Below are positions 21,017 through 31,452 of a stretch of 64,000 bases of DNA, in pieces. The notes beneath the pieces were generated by a model. It searched no databases. It was not told where the DNA came from and was given only the letters and a program-made list of their open reading frames with translations. Positions within the stretch are counted from its first letter, which is position 1. The number at the start of each line of letters is the position of its first letter. The DNA lies in the NCBI GenBank assembly GCA_964464605.1, contig CAYXJN010000005.1, positions 248,001 through 312,000 on the forward strand, read 5' to 3'. The stretch comes from an uncultured Ignavibacteriales bacterium. GTDB lineage: Bacteria; Zixibacteria; MSB-5A5; GN15; FEB-12. Made by a program: the position numbers and the translations under genes.

Positions 21017-22492
21017 TCATTGACAACAGGGCACCGGGCCGCTGTTGAATAGATATGCCACTAAACGGACTAAATCGGCAATCGTCACCGTTCCTGAGCA
21101 ATTAATGTCACCTGCACCTAAATCTTTCGGCGCCGGCCCGCTATTGAATAGAAATCCAACCATATACACCAGATCAGCAATGGTGATCGTGCCGGTAGCG
21201 TTGAAATCACCACATTGTCCGGTGGTAATAATGCGATTCCACAATAGCCGTTGTTGGAAATCATAGACACCACCTATCCCGGCAGTATTTGATTGTCCGG
21301 TATAGGTAAAAACTGTTCCGTTAGAAATGCCGTCTAAACCGCCGGCCAAGAGAAGCCCCTTGGTTCTATCATGGTAGGAAGTGTCACGATAGACTACCAC
21401 TGAATCGGTAAAGTGTATGTCCGAAAGTTGGACCGGTATATCGATCCCCATAAGAACTATCCGGCCCGGGCAACTGAGTGAAACTGTTTTAAGGGCAAGG
21501 TTATGATGTATTATGACCGTATCAGGCGAATATTCCCATGGAATTTCCAACGGGGGATCCCAATCATTGCGGAGAACGGGTACGCTGTCCCCAAGAATAA
21601 GTCGCTGTAGAAAGGCAAAATCGCTTAGGGTTAAGGCAATACCATCGCCGTTAACGTCTGTTTGACCTACCTGTATGTCAATGGGTTGAAAAACCATTAC
21701 CTCAAGCCCTCTGAAGAAATAATCGGCAAGGATGTCTCTGTCTTCCGGTTCATTGATAATACCGTTTCGATTTATATCCCCCTTTGGTAACGGTTCATCA
21801 TTTTGCATTTCCACGACTTCAGCTACAAAAGTCACTGATCGGCTGAGTGGCTCTCCGTTGTACGCAAGCGACGCGCAGGAGTCCGGAATACCGGCAACAG
21901 AGGGGAGCGCGGCGGGAGTCGGTAACGGAGGCTGCGGAGATGGATACGACCGAGCGGTATCAACGACAAACAATGAATCCTCATTCAGGGATTCCAAGCG
22001 ATTGTCAAAGCAATCCTCCCAATAAAATTGAACAAGTGTGCCGTGATACGCATACGCGGTATTGTTAGTAACTCTAAAGGTGACTCGACACAGCGCACCG
22101 TCCTGATTTGCAAAATGGGACGTGGCAGCGATACCTGCTTCGGCATCGATACGTATCAACCCGGTAGCTATCGGAGTGGGGGTGAATGTTTCCCATCCAC
22201 CGGCAATCAACAAAGAGTCGGGCTGTGCGGAGAGGTATGATAAGTAGGTCGTATCATATTGAATAAGAAATGAAAAATTGCGATAACCGCTCATATTCGT
22301 GTTGTCAGCAAGATTAACGGTAACGGACTGGTAGTTTCCAAAGAACGCGAACGGTTCCACTCGCAGTATCTGTACATTGGAGTGAGCCGTGATCTGATTG
22401 GCAGTGAATAAGGAAAAACCCAAAAATGAGAATGCGAAAAGGAAAGAAAGAAAGCCTGACTTCTTGCGACTGTAATAGATTTGCTCAGACAT
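21017..22492 (-). CDS. Exported cohesin-like + dockerin type I repeat protein
   Basis: Signal peptide; cohesin-like beta strands (FSFLIQYD...LCRVTFRV); EF-hand pairs GDINRNG/TDVNGDG and GDFNATG..IADLV/GDINCSG..IADLV. Confidence 0.8.
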   Translation of the reverse strand: MSEQIYYSRKKSGFLSFLFAFSFLGFSLFTANQITAHSNVQILRVEPFAFFGNYQSVTVNLADNTNMSGYRNFSFLIQYDTTYLSYLSAQPDSLLIAGGWETFTPTPIATGLIRIDAEAGIAATSHFANQDGALCRVTFRVTNNTAYAYHGTLVQFYWEDCFDNRLESLNEDSLFVVDTARSYPSPQPPLPTPAALPSVAGIPDSCASLAYNGEPLSRSVTFVAEVVEMQNDEPLPKGDINRNGIINEPEDRDILADYFFRGLEVMVFQPIDIQVGQTDVNGDGIALTLSDFAFLQRLILGDSVPVLRNDWDPPLEIPWEYSPDTVIIHHNLALKTVSLSCPGRIVLMGIDIPVQLSDIHFTDSVVVYRDTSYHDRTKGLLLAGGLDGISNGTVFTYTGQSNTAGIGGVYDFQQRLLWNRIITTGQCGDFNATGTITIADLVYMVGFLFNSGPAPKDLGAGDINCSGTVTIADLVRLVAYLFNSGPVPCCQ

Positions 22493-22637
22493 ACATCCTC
22501 ACAAGAGTAACTATATTGAAACCACTGCTAAGGCTTAATATAGTATCTGGTAGCGGCTTTGCAAGCGCTGCTTTTCCCTCTGAAAGAAAGTTGTTATCTA
22601 TACCTGCGTTTATTTGCGTAATATTAGAGAGCAGAAA

Positions 22638-23591
22638 ATGAAAGTGGTAATTGCAGGAGGTAACGGGCAAGTCGGGCAAGTACTTACCCGTTTTTTTAGA
22701 TCAAAACAGGATGAGGTAACTATCCTGTGCCGCACTGTTTCCAATGACCAGAATTCAGTCGTTTGGGACGGCAAAACGCCGGGGGATTGGGAGCGGGTTG
22801 TGGATGGCGCCGATGTCGTCATTAATCTTGCCGGCCGGAGCGTGAATTGCCGCTATACCGAATCCAACTTGCGACAGATGATGGATTCACGGGTGGATTC
22901 TACCCGGGTAATCGGGCAGGCAATCGAACAGGCAAAGCATCCGCCGAAAGTTTGGCTGCAAGCAAGTACAGCGACGATTTACGCGCATACGTTTGAAACA
23001 GCGAATGATGAAGTAAACGGGGTTATTGGCGGAAAAGAGCCTGACGTACCCGCTTATTGGAAGTACAGCATTGATATTGCTCAGGCGTGGGAGAAAACAT
23101 TGGCAGAATCCCATACCCCAGATACTCGCAAGGTTGCCCTTCGCTCGGCTATGATCATGAGTCCGGATAAAGGGGGGATTTTTGATGTGCTTTCCGGTTT
23201 GACGCGTCTTGGATTAGGAGGAACAATCGCAGGTGGTAGTCAGTTTGTTTCTTGGGTGCATGAAAGCGATTTCATTCGCATTATAGATTTTTTACTGAAG
23301 CATGAAGAGATAAGCGGTGCCGTCAATGTCTGCGCGCCAAACCCGCTTCCGCAAAAAGAATTCATGCTCGCCTTACGTGCCGCATGGAGAATCCCGATTG
23401 GCTTACCGGCAGCGAAATGGATGATTGAAATAGGCGCGTTTTTTATGCGTAGCGATTCCGAACTTATTTTAAAAAGCAGGAAAGTTGTTCCGAAACGATT
23501 GCTTGATGCCGGGTACGCATTCACATTTCCCGACTGGCCGGAAGCGGCAGGAGATTTAGTACGCCAAATGAAAATGCAAACAGGACGCTAA
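22638..23591 (+). CDS. TIGR01777 family NAD-dependent epimerase/oxidoreductase (DUF1731)
   Basis: IAGGNGQVG, INLAG, SRVDST, WE, SWVH and VVPKRL motifs; ATG at 22638. Confidence 0.9.
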   Translation: MKVVIAGGNGQVGQVLTRFFRSKQDEVTILCRTVSNDQNSVVWDGKTPGDWERVVDGADVVINLAGRSVNCRYTESNLRQMMDSRVDSTRVIGQAIEQAKHPPKVWLQASTATIYAHTFETANDEVNGVIGGKEPDVPAYWKYSIDIAQAWEKTLAESHTPDTRKVALRSAMIMSPDKGGIFDVLSGLTRLGLGGTIAGGSQFVSWVHESDFIRIIDFLLKHEEISGAVNVCAPNPLPQKEFMLALRAAWRIPIGLPAAKWMIEIGAFFMRSDSELILKSRKVVPKRLLDAGYAFTFPDWPEAAGDLVRQMKMQTGR

Positions 23592-24925
23592 CGGACGGCT
23601 ACCGATTCCTTTTTCCGGAAAAACGCTGCCAGGTATTGGTACAAAGAGACGCAGGCGATTGCGATGAGTATTGAAGAGGCAATTTGACCGGGATGAAAAT
23701 ATCGCGAACCCTGATACAAATACACACCGATAACAAACGCGAAATAGACATACAGACAGCCGAGGAGAATCGCCAAACGGAATTGTCTTCTTATGACAAG
23801 AATACATATGCCAACGAATGAAAAAATAACATCATAATAATTCAGTTTGTACCGCCTTACCATCCCTTCAGCGGCAATGGTGTCCGGCTTGATAGCCGGA
23901 AGTTGGCTGCGATGCAAATAGGAAACATCGTTTAAATTCCACCAGGAAATGCGTACATAGGATGTAATAAAACGTATCGGATCATGTTTGAAAATTTCCC
24001 ACCCTCTTTCCTTCAGCACAAACAACCGATCAGCCGGTTGCAGTGTTGTAATGCCGTTTTCCTGCTGATATTCTTCCATCCACGATGACATGGTAATTCG
24101 ATAATCCCCCTCTTTGCCCGGCTCTTGTACGCTCATCGCGGCGATCGTTCCGAAAGCGCCCGCACTGGACAATGCCAATCCGGGAACGTCATATAAAATC
24201 GCGTTCCGTGTAATCCAGGCGGACTCTATAAGGATAAAAATGCCAACCCATAAAAGCACCAGCCGCAGGAAATAGTTTCGTGTCTTGGGTCTTGTGGATG
24301 AAGTATGTGAAACCGGCGGCGTCCTGAGTGTGAATGCGATTGGCAGCATCATCAGCGGCCAAAACTGGATGATAGAACGGGTCAAGGCAGCAATGCCGAA
24401 CAATAGCGCACTGACGCAAAGGCGCCACTTGCTTCCCTGTAAAAGTCCCTGCGTACCTAAAACAAGCGCTAAAGCGAACAGGAAAAAGAATAGGCAGTCG
24501 GACAAGAGAATCGAACTAAGCTCGATTGCCGTTATCGAGCATGCCAATACGAGCCCGGCGCATGTCGCTATGATTTTATCCCCGGTGAGCCGTTTGGCAA
24601 GTGTATACACGAGAACGCAGGAAAATGCTGATAAGACTACTTGCAGTATTAAAACCGGCACGGCACTAACGCCGAAAAGCGTAAAAATTGAGGCTAAAAA
24701 AAGAGGGTACCCCGGGCCAAATTGGAGAAATATATATTTGTAATCAGCGGTTCCATTGAGCAATGACTGGGCACCGGCAACGTACGTGCTGGTATCCGGT
24801 GTTATTGAAAGGTGAGTCAGGCTGCCTATATCAAATAAGCTGAGCACGAGATATTCCTGGCGGAGAACCAGCGCGAACAGAAAAAGCAGCAACTCGTTTT
24901 TGTACCGCCTCATCCAGTGCTTCAT
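23588..24925 (-). CDS. GT-C fold glycosyltransferase (ArnT/GT39-like)
   Basis: Polytopic; DxxxY, GPGYPLF, LSDCLF, LTR, W..RN and RYFHP motifs. Confidence 0.8.
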   Translation of the reverse strand: MKHWMRRYKNELLLFLFALVLRQEYLVLSLFDIGSLTHLSITPDTSTYVAGAQSLLNGTADYKYIFLQFGPGYPLFLASIFTLFGVSAVPVLILQVVLSAFSCVLVYTLAKRLTGDKIIATCAGLVLACSITAIELSSILLSDCLFFFLFALALVLGTQGLLQGSKWRLCVSALLFGIAALTRSIIQFWPLMMLPIAFTLRTPPVSHTSSTRPKTRNYFLRLVLLWVGIFILIESAWITRNAILYDVPGLALSSAGAFGTIAAMSVQEPGKEGDYRITMSSWMEEYQQENGITTLQPADRLFVLKERGWEIFKHDPIRFITSYVRISWWNLNDVSYLHRSQLPAIKPDTIAAEGMVRRYKLNYYDVIFSFVGICILVIRRQFRLAILLGCLYVYFAFVIGVYLYQGSRYFHPGQIASSILIAIACVSLYQYLAAFFRKKESVAVR

Positions 24926-25018
24926 ACTACTCTGCGTATCCTCATTATAGACTGTGCACGTGTAACATGTAACCTGCGAACGGGAAAATCAAATAGATAA
25001 CGTGAGGCAAAATAGGGA

Positions 25019-25051
25019 TAAAAAAACCTCCACAGGGCTGCGGAGGTTTAA
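25019..25051 (-). terminator. Intrinsic terminator after RND operon
   Basis: Hairpin AAACCTCCACAG/CTGCGGAGGTTT with an A tract (U tract on the minus strand). Confidence 0.7.
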
Positions 25052-25074
25052 TTTTAGTGAAATGCGAAGGAATA

Positions 25075-28000
25075 TTAGTGTGTCGAGGTTGTTTCTTCGG
25101 CCGCTAACTGTTCTTCAATATGCCCGGCGCTTTTGGTGAATCGGGCCAACAGCGTATACACAACCGGAACGATTACGAGTGTCAGGAACGTCGCGAGCAT
25201 CATACCGCCTACCACTGTTATTCCCAAGGGACGGCGGGATTCGGCACCGGCGCCAAGCCCGATTGCGATCGGCAGAATACCGAAAATAGTAGCGAAAGAG
25301 GTCATCAGAATCGGACGCAAACGGGTTTTCGCTGCGGTTGCAACGGCATCGAACACCTCTTTGCCCTGTTCACGAAGCTGGTTAGCGAACTCTACAATCA
25401 AAATTGCGTTCTTCGTTACCAACCCGATCAACATGATAAGACCGATCTGCGAATAGATATTCATACTCTGCCCGAAGATAAACAGCGACAACAACGCGCC
25501 GAATACCGCGAGCGGAACGGAAAACAGAATAGTGAACGGATGTATGAAGCTTTCGAACTGTGCCGCAAGCACGAGGAAAATGAACAACAGTGAAAAAGCA
25601 AACAGCCAGTATAAGCTGGAGCTGGAATCACGGAACTCCCGTGACTGTCCGGAAAACTCCCGCTTGATATTCGGCGGCAAGTCTGTTTCCGCAATTTTAT
25701 CCAAACCGTCGAGCACCGTACCCAGCGTCAAGCCGGGTGGAATGTTCGAGCTGATGGTCGCTGAACGAACACGGTTGAAGTGGTTCAGTTCTTTCGACGC
25801 CACGGTTTCTTTTACTGTTACCACGTTCGCTAACTGTACCAGTCCACCTTTGCCGCGAACATAGATATCGCTGATCATCGACGGGGTCGAGCGGTCGGTT
25901 GGCTTGAGCTGCGCGATAACATCATATTGCTTTGCTGCGCGTTTGAAATCACTGACCACGCGACCACCGAGCAGCGTTTCCAGAGTTGTACCGATATCGG
26001 TTACGGAAACACCAAGCTGCGCGGCACGGTCACGGTCGATACTGATATCCAATTGTGGTTTGTTCAATTCAAGGTCGGTACGGGGCTGCATCAATAATCC
26101 GGCTTGCTGTCCTTTCATCATCATAATACCGACAGCCTGTCCGAGTTCTTCGTAGGTATCCGCTTGCAAAACGTATTGTACCGGTTCTTCGAATCCTTGT
26201 CCAAGGCTTGGTGGATTAATTAAGAAAGCCAACACACCCGGCACACCCATCAGGTACATACCGAGACCGTTAATGATTTCCATCTGGGAGCGATCCCGCT
26301 CCTTGAAATCTTTTAAGCGCATGAACAGAATCCCATCGGTTACGCGTCCCGGGCCGCTGAAAGCAAGGCCGATTGCCGTAAACAACCCTTCCCGTTCCGG
26401 AGCCTGCATAAGCGTTCCTTCAACCATGTGCATATACTTGTCGGTGTAGGCAAGAGTGGAACCTTCCGGCGCAAACACAACACCGAACCCAAGACCGCGG
26501 TCTTCGGTCGGCACTAATTCACTGGGCAGAAGTTTTAAAAGCCATGCAGAACTGACAATCAAAATAACAGACAGTACAATCATCGCCACGCGATGTCTGA
26601 GCGAACTCGTCAAAATCCGGTCGTAGGTGCGGTCGAGCCAGTCAAAGAAGGCGTCGAACGAGCGGGAAGCCCATCCACCTCCGCCGCCATGCAACGGGCG
26701 CAGAATTTTCGAACTGATCATCGGCGTAAAGGTAAGAGCGACGAACCCGGAGATTAACACCGCAACTGCCACCACAATTCCGAATTCACGGAACAGCTTT
26801 CCGACGTTACCGGTCAAAAATGAGAGCGGCACGAACACGGCAACGAGGGTAATCGTCGTTGCCAGTACGGCGAATCCGATTTCTTTGGAACCGTCAAAGG
26901 CGGCTCGCAGGCGGCTTTTGCCCATTTCCATATGTCGATAGATGTTTTCAAGCACCACAATAGCATCATCTACCACCAATCCGATGGCCAGCACTAATGC
27001 CAACAAGGTAAGAATGTTAATCGTGTAGCCGAGGAAATAGGCAGCAGTGAAGGCACCGATAATCGACACCGGTATCGCCAATGTCGGAATAATCGTTGCG
27101 CGAAAACTCTTCAAGAAGGCTAAAATTACCAGGATAACGAGGAGCACGGCGATAATAAGTGTTTCACTGACTTCATCAATAGATGCCTGAATGAAGTCGG
27201 CGGAGTTATACGCCATGTCGAGCCGCATCCCTTCCGGAAGCAGCTTACTTAACTCCGGCATTTCAGCCACGACAGCATTGGCAACGTCCACGGTACTGGC
27301 TGTTTTCTGTTTCACGATACCCAAACCAAGCGCGGGCTGCATGTTGTATCTGATAACGGTACGTTCATCCTCCGCGCCGACTTCCACTTGGGCAACATCG
27401 CTGAGGCGTACTACTTCATTGCCGGTTTGTTTGACGATGATATTGGAGAATTCTTCCGGTGTAACTAACTCACCACGGGTGCGGACGGCAAACTCACGGT
27501 TGTCCCCTTCCACGCGACCGGCAGGAATTTCCGTGTTTTCGCGGGCGATTGCGGCATTGATTTCCTGAATAGTCAACCCGCGTGCGATCATTCGTTCCGG
27601 ATCGATCCAAACTCGCATCGCGTAGCGGCGTTCACCGCCTAAAAATACCGATGCTACCCCCGGTAGTCGTTGAATACGTTCTTTCAAAATGCGATCAGCC
27701 AACTCAGTTACTTCAAGGTTGGAGTGCTTGGTACTCGAAAGCGCGAGCCAGACGATCGGCTGCGCGTTAACGTCTACTTTTTCAACGATAGGGTCATCCG
27801 CTTCAGTCGGCAGATTGCCGCGAATACGGGATACCCGGTCACGAACGTCATTGGCGGCTTCATCGACATCACGCCCCTGATCGAACTCAAGGGTGATAAC
27901 CGAACCCTGCTCGGCGCTTCGTGAGGTAAGGGTTTTTACCCCTTCAATAGTCGAAAACTGTTCTTCGAGAATGTCGGTGATTTCCGTTTCAATAACGTTC

Positions 28001-28167
28001 GAGGATGCACCGCGGTAGAATGTCGACACCGAGACAATCGGCGGGTCGATATCCGGATACTCACGAACCGGTAAACGGAAAAAAGAAACGACACCGAACA
28101 GAATAATCGCGAGGCTCATCACCGTCGCGAATACCGGGCGGCGTATCGATACTTCGCTTAGTTTCAT
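25075..28167 (-). CDS. RND efflux permease (AcrB/HAE1 family)
   Basis: IRRPV, GLVVDDAIVVLENI, KNAILIVEFA and RLRPILMT motifs; 1030 aa. Confidence 0.95.
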   Translation of the reverse strand: MKLSEVSIRRPVFATVMSLAIILFGVVSFFRLPVREYPDIDPPIVSVSTFYRGASSNVIETEITDILEEQFSTIEGVKTLTSRSAEQGSVITLEFDQGRDVDEAANDVRDRVSRIRGNLPTEADDPIVEKVDVNAQPIVWLALSSTKHSNLEVTELADRILKERIQRLPGVASVFLGGERRYAMRVWIDPERMIARGLTIQEINAAIARENTEIPAGRVEGDNREFAVRTRGELVTPEEFSNIIVKQTGNEVVRLSDVAQVEVGAEDERTVIRYNMQPALGLGIVKQKTASTVDVANAVVAEMPELSKLLPEGMRLDMAYNSADFIQASIDEVSETLIIAVLLVILVILAFLKSFRATIIPTLAIPVSIIGAFTAAYFLGYTINILTLLALVLAIGLVVDDAIVVLENIYRHMEMGKSRLRAAFDGSKEIGFAVLATTITLVAVFVPLSFLTGNVGKLFREFGIVVAVAVLISGFVALTFTPMISSKILRPLHGGGGGWASRSFDAFFDWLDRTYDRILTSSLRHRVAMIVLSVILIVSSAWLLKLLPSELVPTEDRGLGFGVVFAPEGSTLAYTDKYMHMVEGTLMQAPEREGLFTAIGLAFSGPGRVTDGILFMRLKDFKERDRSQMEIINGLGMYLMGVPGVLAFLINPPSLGQGFEEPVQYVLQADTYEELGQAVGIMMMKGQQAGLLMQPRTDLELNKPQLDISIDRDRAAQLGVSVTDIGTTLETLLGGRVVSDFKRAAKQYDVIAQLKPTDRSTPSMISDIYVRGKGGLVQLANVVTVKETVASKELNHFNRVRSATISSNIPPGLTLGTVLDGLDKIAETDLPPNIKREFSGQSREFRDSSSSLYWLFAFSLLFIFLVLAAQFESFIHPFTILFSVPLAVFGALLSLFIFGQSMNIYSQIGLIMLIGLVTKNAILIVEFANQLREQGKEVFDAVATAAKTRLRPILMTSFATIFGILPIAIGLGAGAESRRPLGITVVGGMMLATFLTLVIVPVVYTLLARFTKSAGHIEEQLAAEETTSTH

Positions 28168-29381
28168 TTGCCACCTGTCGTCGAATCGGTGTGAGCGGCT
28201 GAATCGGCAGCGCCTTCGGTGGTCGCAGGCGTACTTTGCTGTTCACCAGTCGGTGCTGCACCTTGGTCACCCGCAGGAGCCTGACCGCCCGCACCCATCG
28301 GGGGCATGGACATGACTTTGAATCCCGGAGGCATGAATCCAAATTTCTGATATCCGGCTGTGACAACCTGCTGTCCTTCTGAAACACCGCTTGTTATCTC
28401 AACTAATCCGGCGGTACGGGAGCCAAGCGTTACGGCGGATTTGGTGACAGTGCCATCAGCGTTGATAACAAAAATCGACATCTGCGCACCTTCGACGATC
28501 ACGGCCTGGCTCGGCACTAACAGTGCGCTGTCACGCTGATTGAGTACGGCATTCACGTTTGCCGACATACCGGGGCGGAACAAGCCATCCGGGTTTTTCA
28601 GATGTCCGACGACCGTTACGCTGCGCGTCGCCTGAGAGACCATCGGCTCGATAATATCGATTTCACCCTGCAATGTTTCATTCAGCGCCGGGCTTGAAAT
28701 AGTAATCGGCGCGCCTTTATGCAAAAGCGGATAAAACCGTTCCGGCGCCGTAAACGTAATTTTGAGTTCATCGATTTGCGCAAGGGATGCTATCGTCTGC
28801 CCGGGTATAACGAACTGGCCGATACTCACCTGCCGTGCGCCGATATTTCCGGTAAACGGAGCGGCGATTTGGGTTTTGTCGAGTTTCGCTTTGGCAAGGG
28901 CGAGGTCGGCTTCCGCCATTTTGTAATTGGCGGTTGCGTCATCCATGTCCTGTTTCGACATGAGATTTTGGTCAAAAACCCCTTTCATCCGCTCGTAGGA
29001 AGCTTTGCGCTGATCCCGCATTGCTTCGGCCCGGTCACGTTCGGCACGAAGCTGGGAATCATCAAGCTGCGCGATAATGCTGCCTTTGGAAATCGTCGTG
29101 CCTTCTTTGAATGGAAGCGCGGTGATTTTTCCGCTGATTTCAGAAACGATCTGAACGGCGTTGATACCTTCTATCGTGCCGACGGCGGTAAAGTTATCGG
29201 TAATCGTTTGTTTGGTTACCGTTGCACTTTCAATCGGGAGCGGGGGCATTTCGCCGCCACCGCCGCCACCGCCGCCCGGGGCGCCGGCCTGGTCACCGCC
29301 GCCGCTGCATCCGAACAGGAAGAGCGAGCTAACGATAGCAATGCTTACGATAAGCTTGAGAATTCTTGCGTTAATCTGCAT
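28164..29381 (-). CDS. RND periplasmic adaptor (membrane fusion lipoprotein)
   Basis: Lipobox LFGC, Gly-rich linker, IAAPFTG, FRPGM and VPSQAV motifs; overlaps the permease start by 4 nt. Confidence 0.93.
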   Translation of the reverse strand: MQINARILKLIVSIAIVSSLFLFGCSGGGDQAGAPGGGGGGGGEMPPLPIESATVTKQTITDNFTAVGTIEGINAVQIVSEISGKITALPFKEGTTISKGSIIAQLDDSQLRAERDRAEAMRDQRKASYERMKGVFDQNLMSKQDMDDATANYKMAEADLALAKAKLDKTQIAAPFTGNIGARQVSIGQFVIPGQTIASLAQIDELKITFTAPERFYPLLHKGAPITISSPALNETLQGEIDIIEPMVSQATRSVTVVGHLKNPDGLFRPGMSANVNAVLNQRDSALLVPSQAVIVEGAQMSIFVINADGTVTKSAVTLGSRTAGLVEITSGVSEGQQVVTAGYQKFGFMPPGFKVMSMPPMGAGGQAPAGDQGAAPTGEQQSTPATTEGAADSAAHTDSTTGGK

Positions 29382-29654
29382 ATGTACAACCCTTTATTGG
29401 AATAAATTTCTTCTTGTATTATTCCCACAATCTGTCACAACAGAAAGCCGCCGGTAGATTTTGGTTGGGCAAGAGTGAAGACTTCACAGTCGGCCTAAGA
29501 TAACATGTCTGCTCATATTGCTCAAGTCATAGTAAACAGGGTAAAACGTAAAAAGTTTCACAAGTTGGCCCTATTTAATTGTTTATCCGATAAAAGTTTG
29601 CCAACCGAACGGCGGCATGCTATTTCTGCCAGCGTTCTAACAAAATCAAAATTG

Positions 29655-29695
29655 AAAAAGGGAGAGGCAGTAATCTTGTTACTGCTTGTCTCCCT
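29655..29695 (-). terminator. Probable terminator after osmC
   Basis: Hairpin AGGGAGAGGCAGTAA/TTACTGCTTGTCTCCCT with an A tract. Confidence 0.55.
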
Positions 29696-29720
29696 GTATC
29701 TTATGGCTTGTTGCCGCTTA

Positions 29721-30143
29721 CTATTGTAATACGGCGTTCAGGGTAATGTTCGCTTTGAGCAAACGGGAGATAGGGCACTGGTTTTTTGTTTCAGCCGCAA
29801 TAGCATCAAACGTCGCTTTATCGATTCCCGGTACTTTGGCCGTGGTTTCCAAATGACTGGTTGTGACCGTCCAGGCGCCGTCAACTTGTTCGAGCGTAAC
29901 GGTTGCTTGCGTGGTCAGTAGTTCGGGCGTGAATCCGGCTTTACCTAATCCGGCGGAAAGAGCCATAGTAAAGCATCCCGCATGCGATGCGGCGATTAAT
30001 TCTTCCGGGTTCGTATTCGGGCCGTTTTCGAAACGATCGGTAAATGAATACTTGGTATCTTTCAGTGCGCCGCTTGCCGTGCCGAGGGTTCCTTTGCCTG
30101 ATTTGAGGTCACCGGTCCATGATGCAGTTGCTGTCCGTTTCAT
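29721..30143 (-). CDS. osmC: OsmC family peroxiredoxin
   Basis: MKRTATASWTG, NPEELIAASHAGCF and CPISR motifs; ATG at 30143. Confidence 0.93.
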   Translation of the reverse strand: MKRTATASWTGDLKSGKGTLGTASGALKDTKYSFTDRFENGPNTNPEELIAASHAGCFTMALSAGLGKAGFTPELLTTQATVTLEQVDGAWTVTTSHLETTAKVPGIDKATFDAIAAETKNQCPISRLLKANITLNAVLQ

Positions 30144-30405
30144 GATAGTTATTCCTTTTATTTCTGTTTCTGCTTTTGCACCAAGATACACTGCCGTTTT
30201 AGCAATATCCAGCCCCTTAAAATCAAACTTTACAGAGCATACCAGAGCTATCCTTTCATATTAGAAATCTGTTAATAGTTCTGTTTCCCCCGGCTTTTAC
30301 GCCAATTCGGCTAAAGCGAGCCCACCAGTCACCGATACAAGTGTACAATGAATAGCCATGCCGATTACCTGTTTTAGTGGATTAGTGAGCGCGATTACCG
30401 TACGT

Positions 30406-30930
30406 ATGAGCAAAGCTATGCGCCAGAGAAATCTGATTGTTGCCGCCGGAGGCGTTGTCTACCGCTTCGAAGATGATGAGCTTTTGTGTGCGGTGGTAAA
30501 ATCTGCCAAACATAACGCATGGTGTCTGCCCAAGGGGAAAGTCAAATCATGCGATCCCACACTTTTAGATACTGCTGTTCGTGAAGTGCAGGAAGAGACC
30601 GGCTGCTTAGTCGAATCGTTGGGTTACGCCGGGAGTTTCAAATATCAGGTTACTGAAGGCACCAAAGTTGTCGCGTTCTGGCATATGCGGGTGACGCAGG
30701 AGAACTGGCAGCCGCTGCATGATGATATTCTCGCTATGAAATGGCTCCCGCTTGCCGAAACGATAGCCGTGCTGCATAGAGCTGAGGAGCGCAGTTTCTT
30801 ATGCCGGATTCTTCAGGCCGATACTAAAACGAGCCGGACATCACGCGCGCTCAAATTAATCCGTCATGATTTTCAGGAATCTTTTCCCGCCTCTACTGAA
30901 CTTCGCTTGTCGAATACGCTCTACAAATAG
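30406..30930 (+). CDS. NUDIX hydrolase
   Basis: AAGGVV and WCLPKG...AVREVQEETG Nudix box; start uncertain (30358, 30406 or 30418). Confidence 0.85.
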   Translation: MSKAMRQRNLIVAAGGVVYRFEDDELLCAVVKSAKHNAWCLPKGKVKSCDPTLLDTAVREVQEETGCLVESLGYAGSFKYQVTEGTKVVAFWHMRVTQENWQPLHDDILAMKWLPLAETIAVLHRAEERSFLCRILQADTKTSRTSRALKLIRHDFQESFPASTELRLSNTLYK

Positions 30931-30997
30931 TATTGGGTGGCAGACACCGCACGTGTCGGACACGTTGTATCGGGTAGCACACCCTTTAGGGTGTGAA

Positions 30998-31405
30998 TTA
31001 TTGCGAATCCGTCTTAATCGTGCTGGCTGCTTCTTTCAGCCATTTGAGCGCGTCGGCTTCGCTGTAGAACATCTGAATCTCAATAACACTGTCGTAGGCA
31101 TCATGCAGGACTTTGAAAATTCGCGCCGTGAAGTCTTTGTTGCTTTCGTCGTAAATAACCGCCCATTTGGAGTTTCCGGCGCGGTCCTGTATATCGAGCA
31201 CAAAATGGCGTAGGGCGTCGATATCTTTTAAATCCCAGTTAAATTTTCCGTCGGTGATGTCGCACAGCGTGTTCATTCCTTTTTCGAAACGGGGATCGAT
31301 AAGGATCTGGTTATGCAGCGCCATTTTTTCTGCTACTGTGATTTGACCGGTGTATTTCAAGGTGACGAGCTTGCGAGTAGTATCAATGTCATACGTGATA
31401 CTCAT
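30998..31405 (-). CDS. STAS/SEC14 (SpoIIAA-like) domain protein
   Basis: Characteristic ...KWAVI... and terminal F.SEADALKWL pattern. Confidence 0.65.
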   Translation of the reverse strand: MSITYDIDTTRKLVTLKYTGQITVAEKMALHNQILIDPRFEKGMNTLCDITDGKFNWDLKDIDALRHFVLDIQDRAGNSKWAVIYDESNKDFTARIFKVLHDAYDSVIEIQMFYSEADALKWLKEAASTIKTDSQ

Positions 31406-31452
31406 AGGGATAAATAGGGGTATTAAGTGGAGGGTGTCAAGAGGGAAAAGGA

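Noticed and set aside
29252..29310. GCC-rich microsatellite as a phase-variation tract
   Set aside because: In-frame poly-Gly linker typical of adaptor lipoproteins
29546..29563. Second Rex box upstream of the RND operon (ACGTAAA-AAGT-TTCACAA)
   Set aside because: Three mismatches in one arm; only a half-site match
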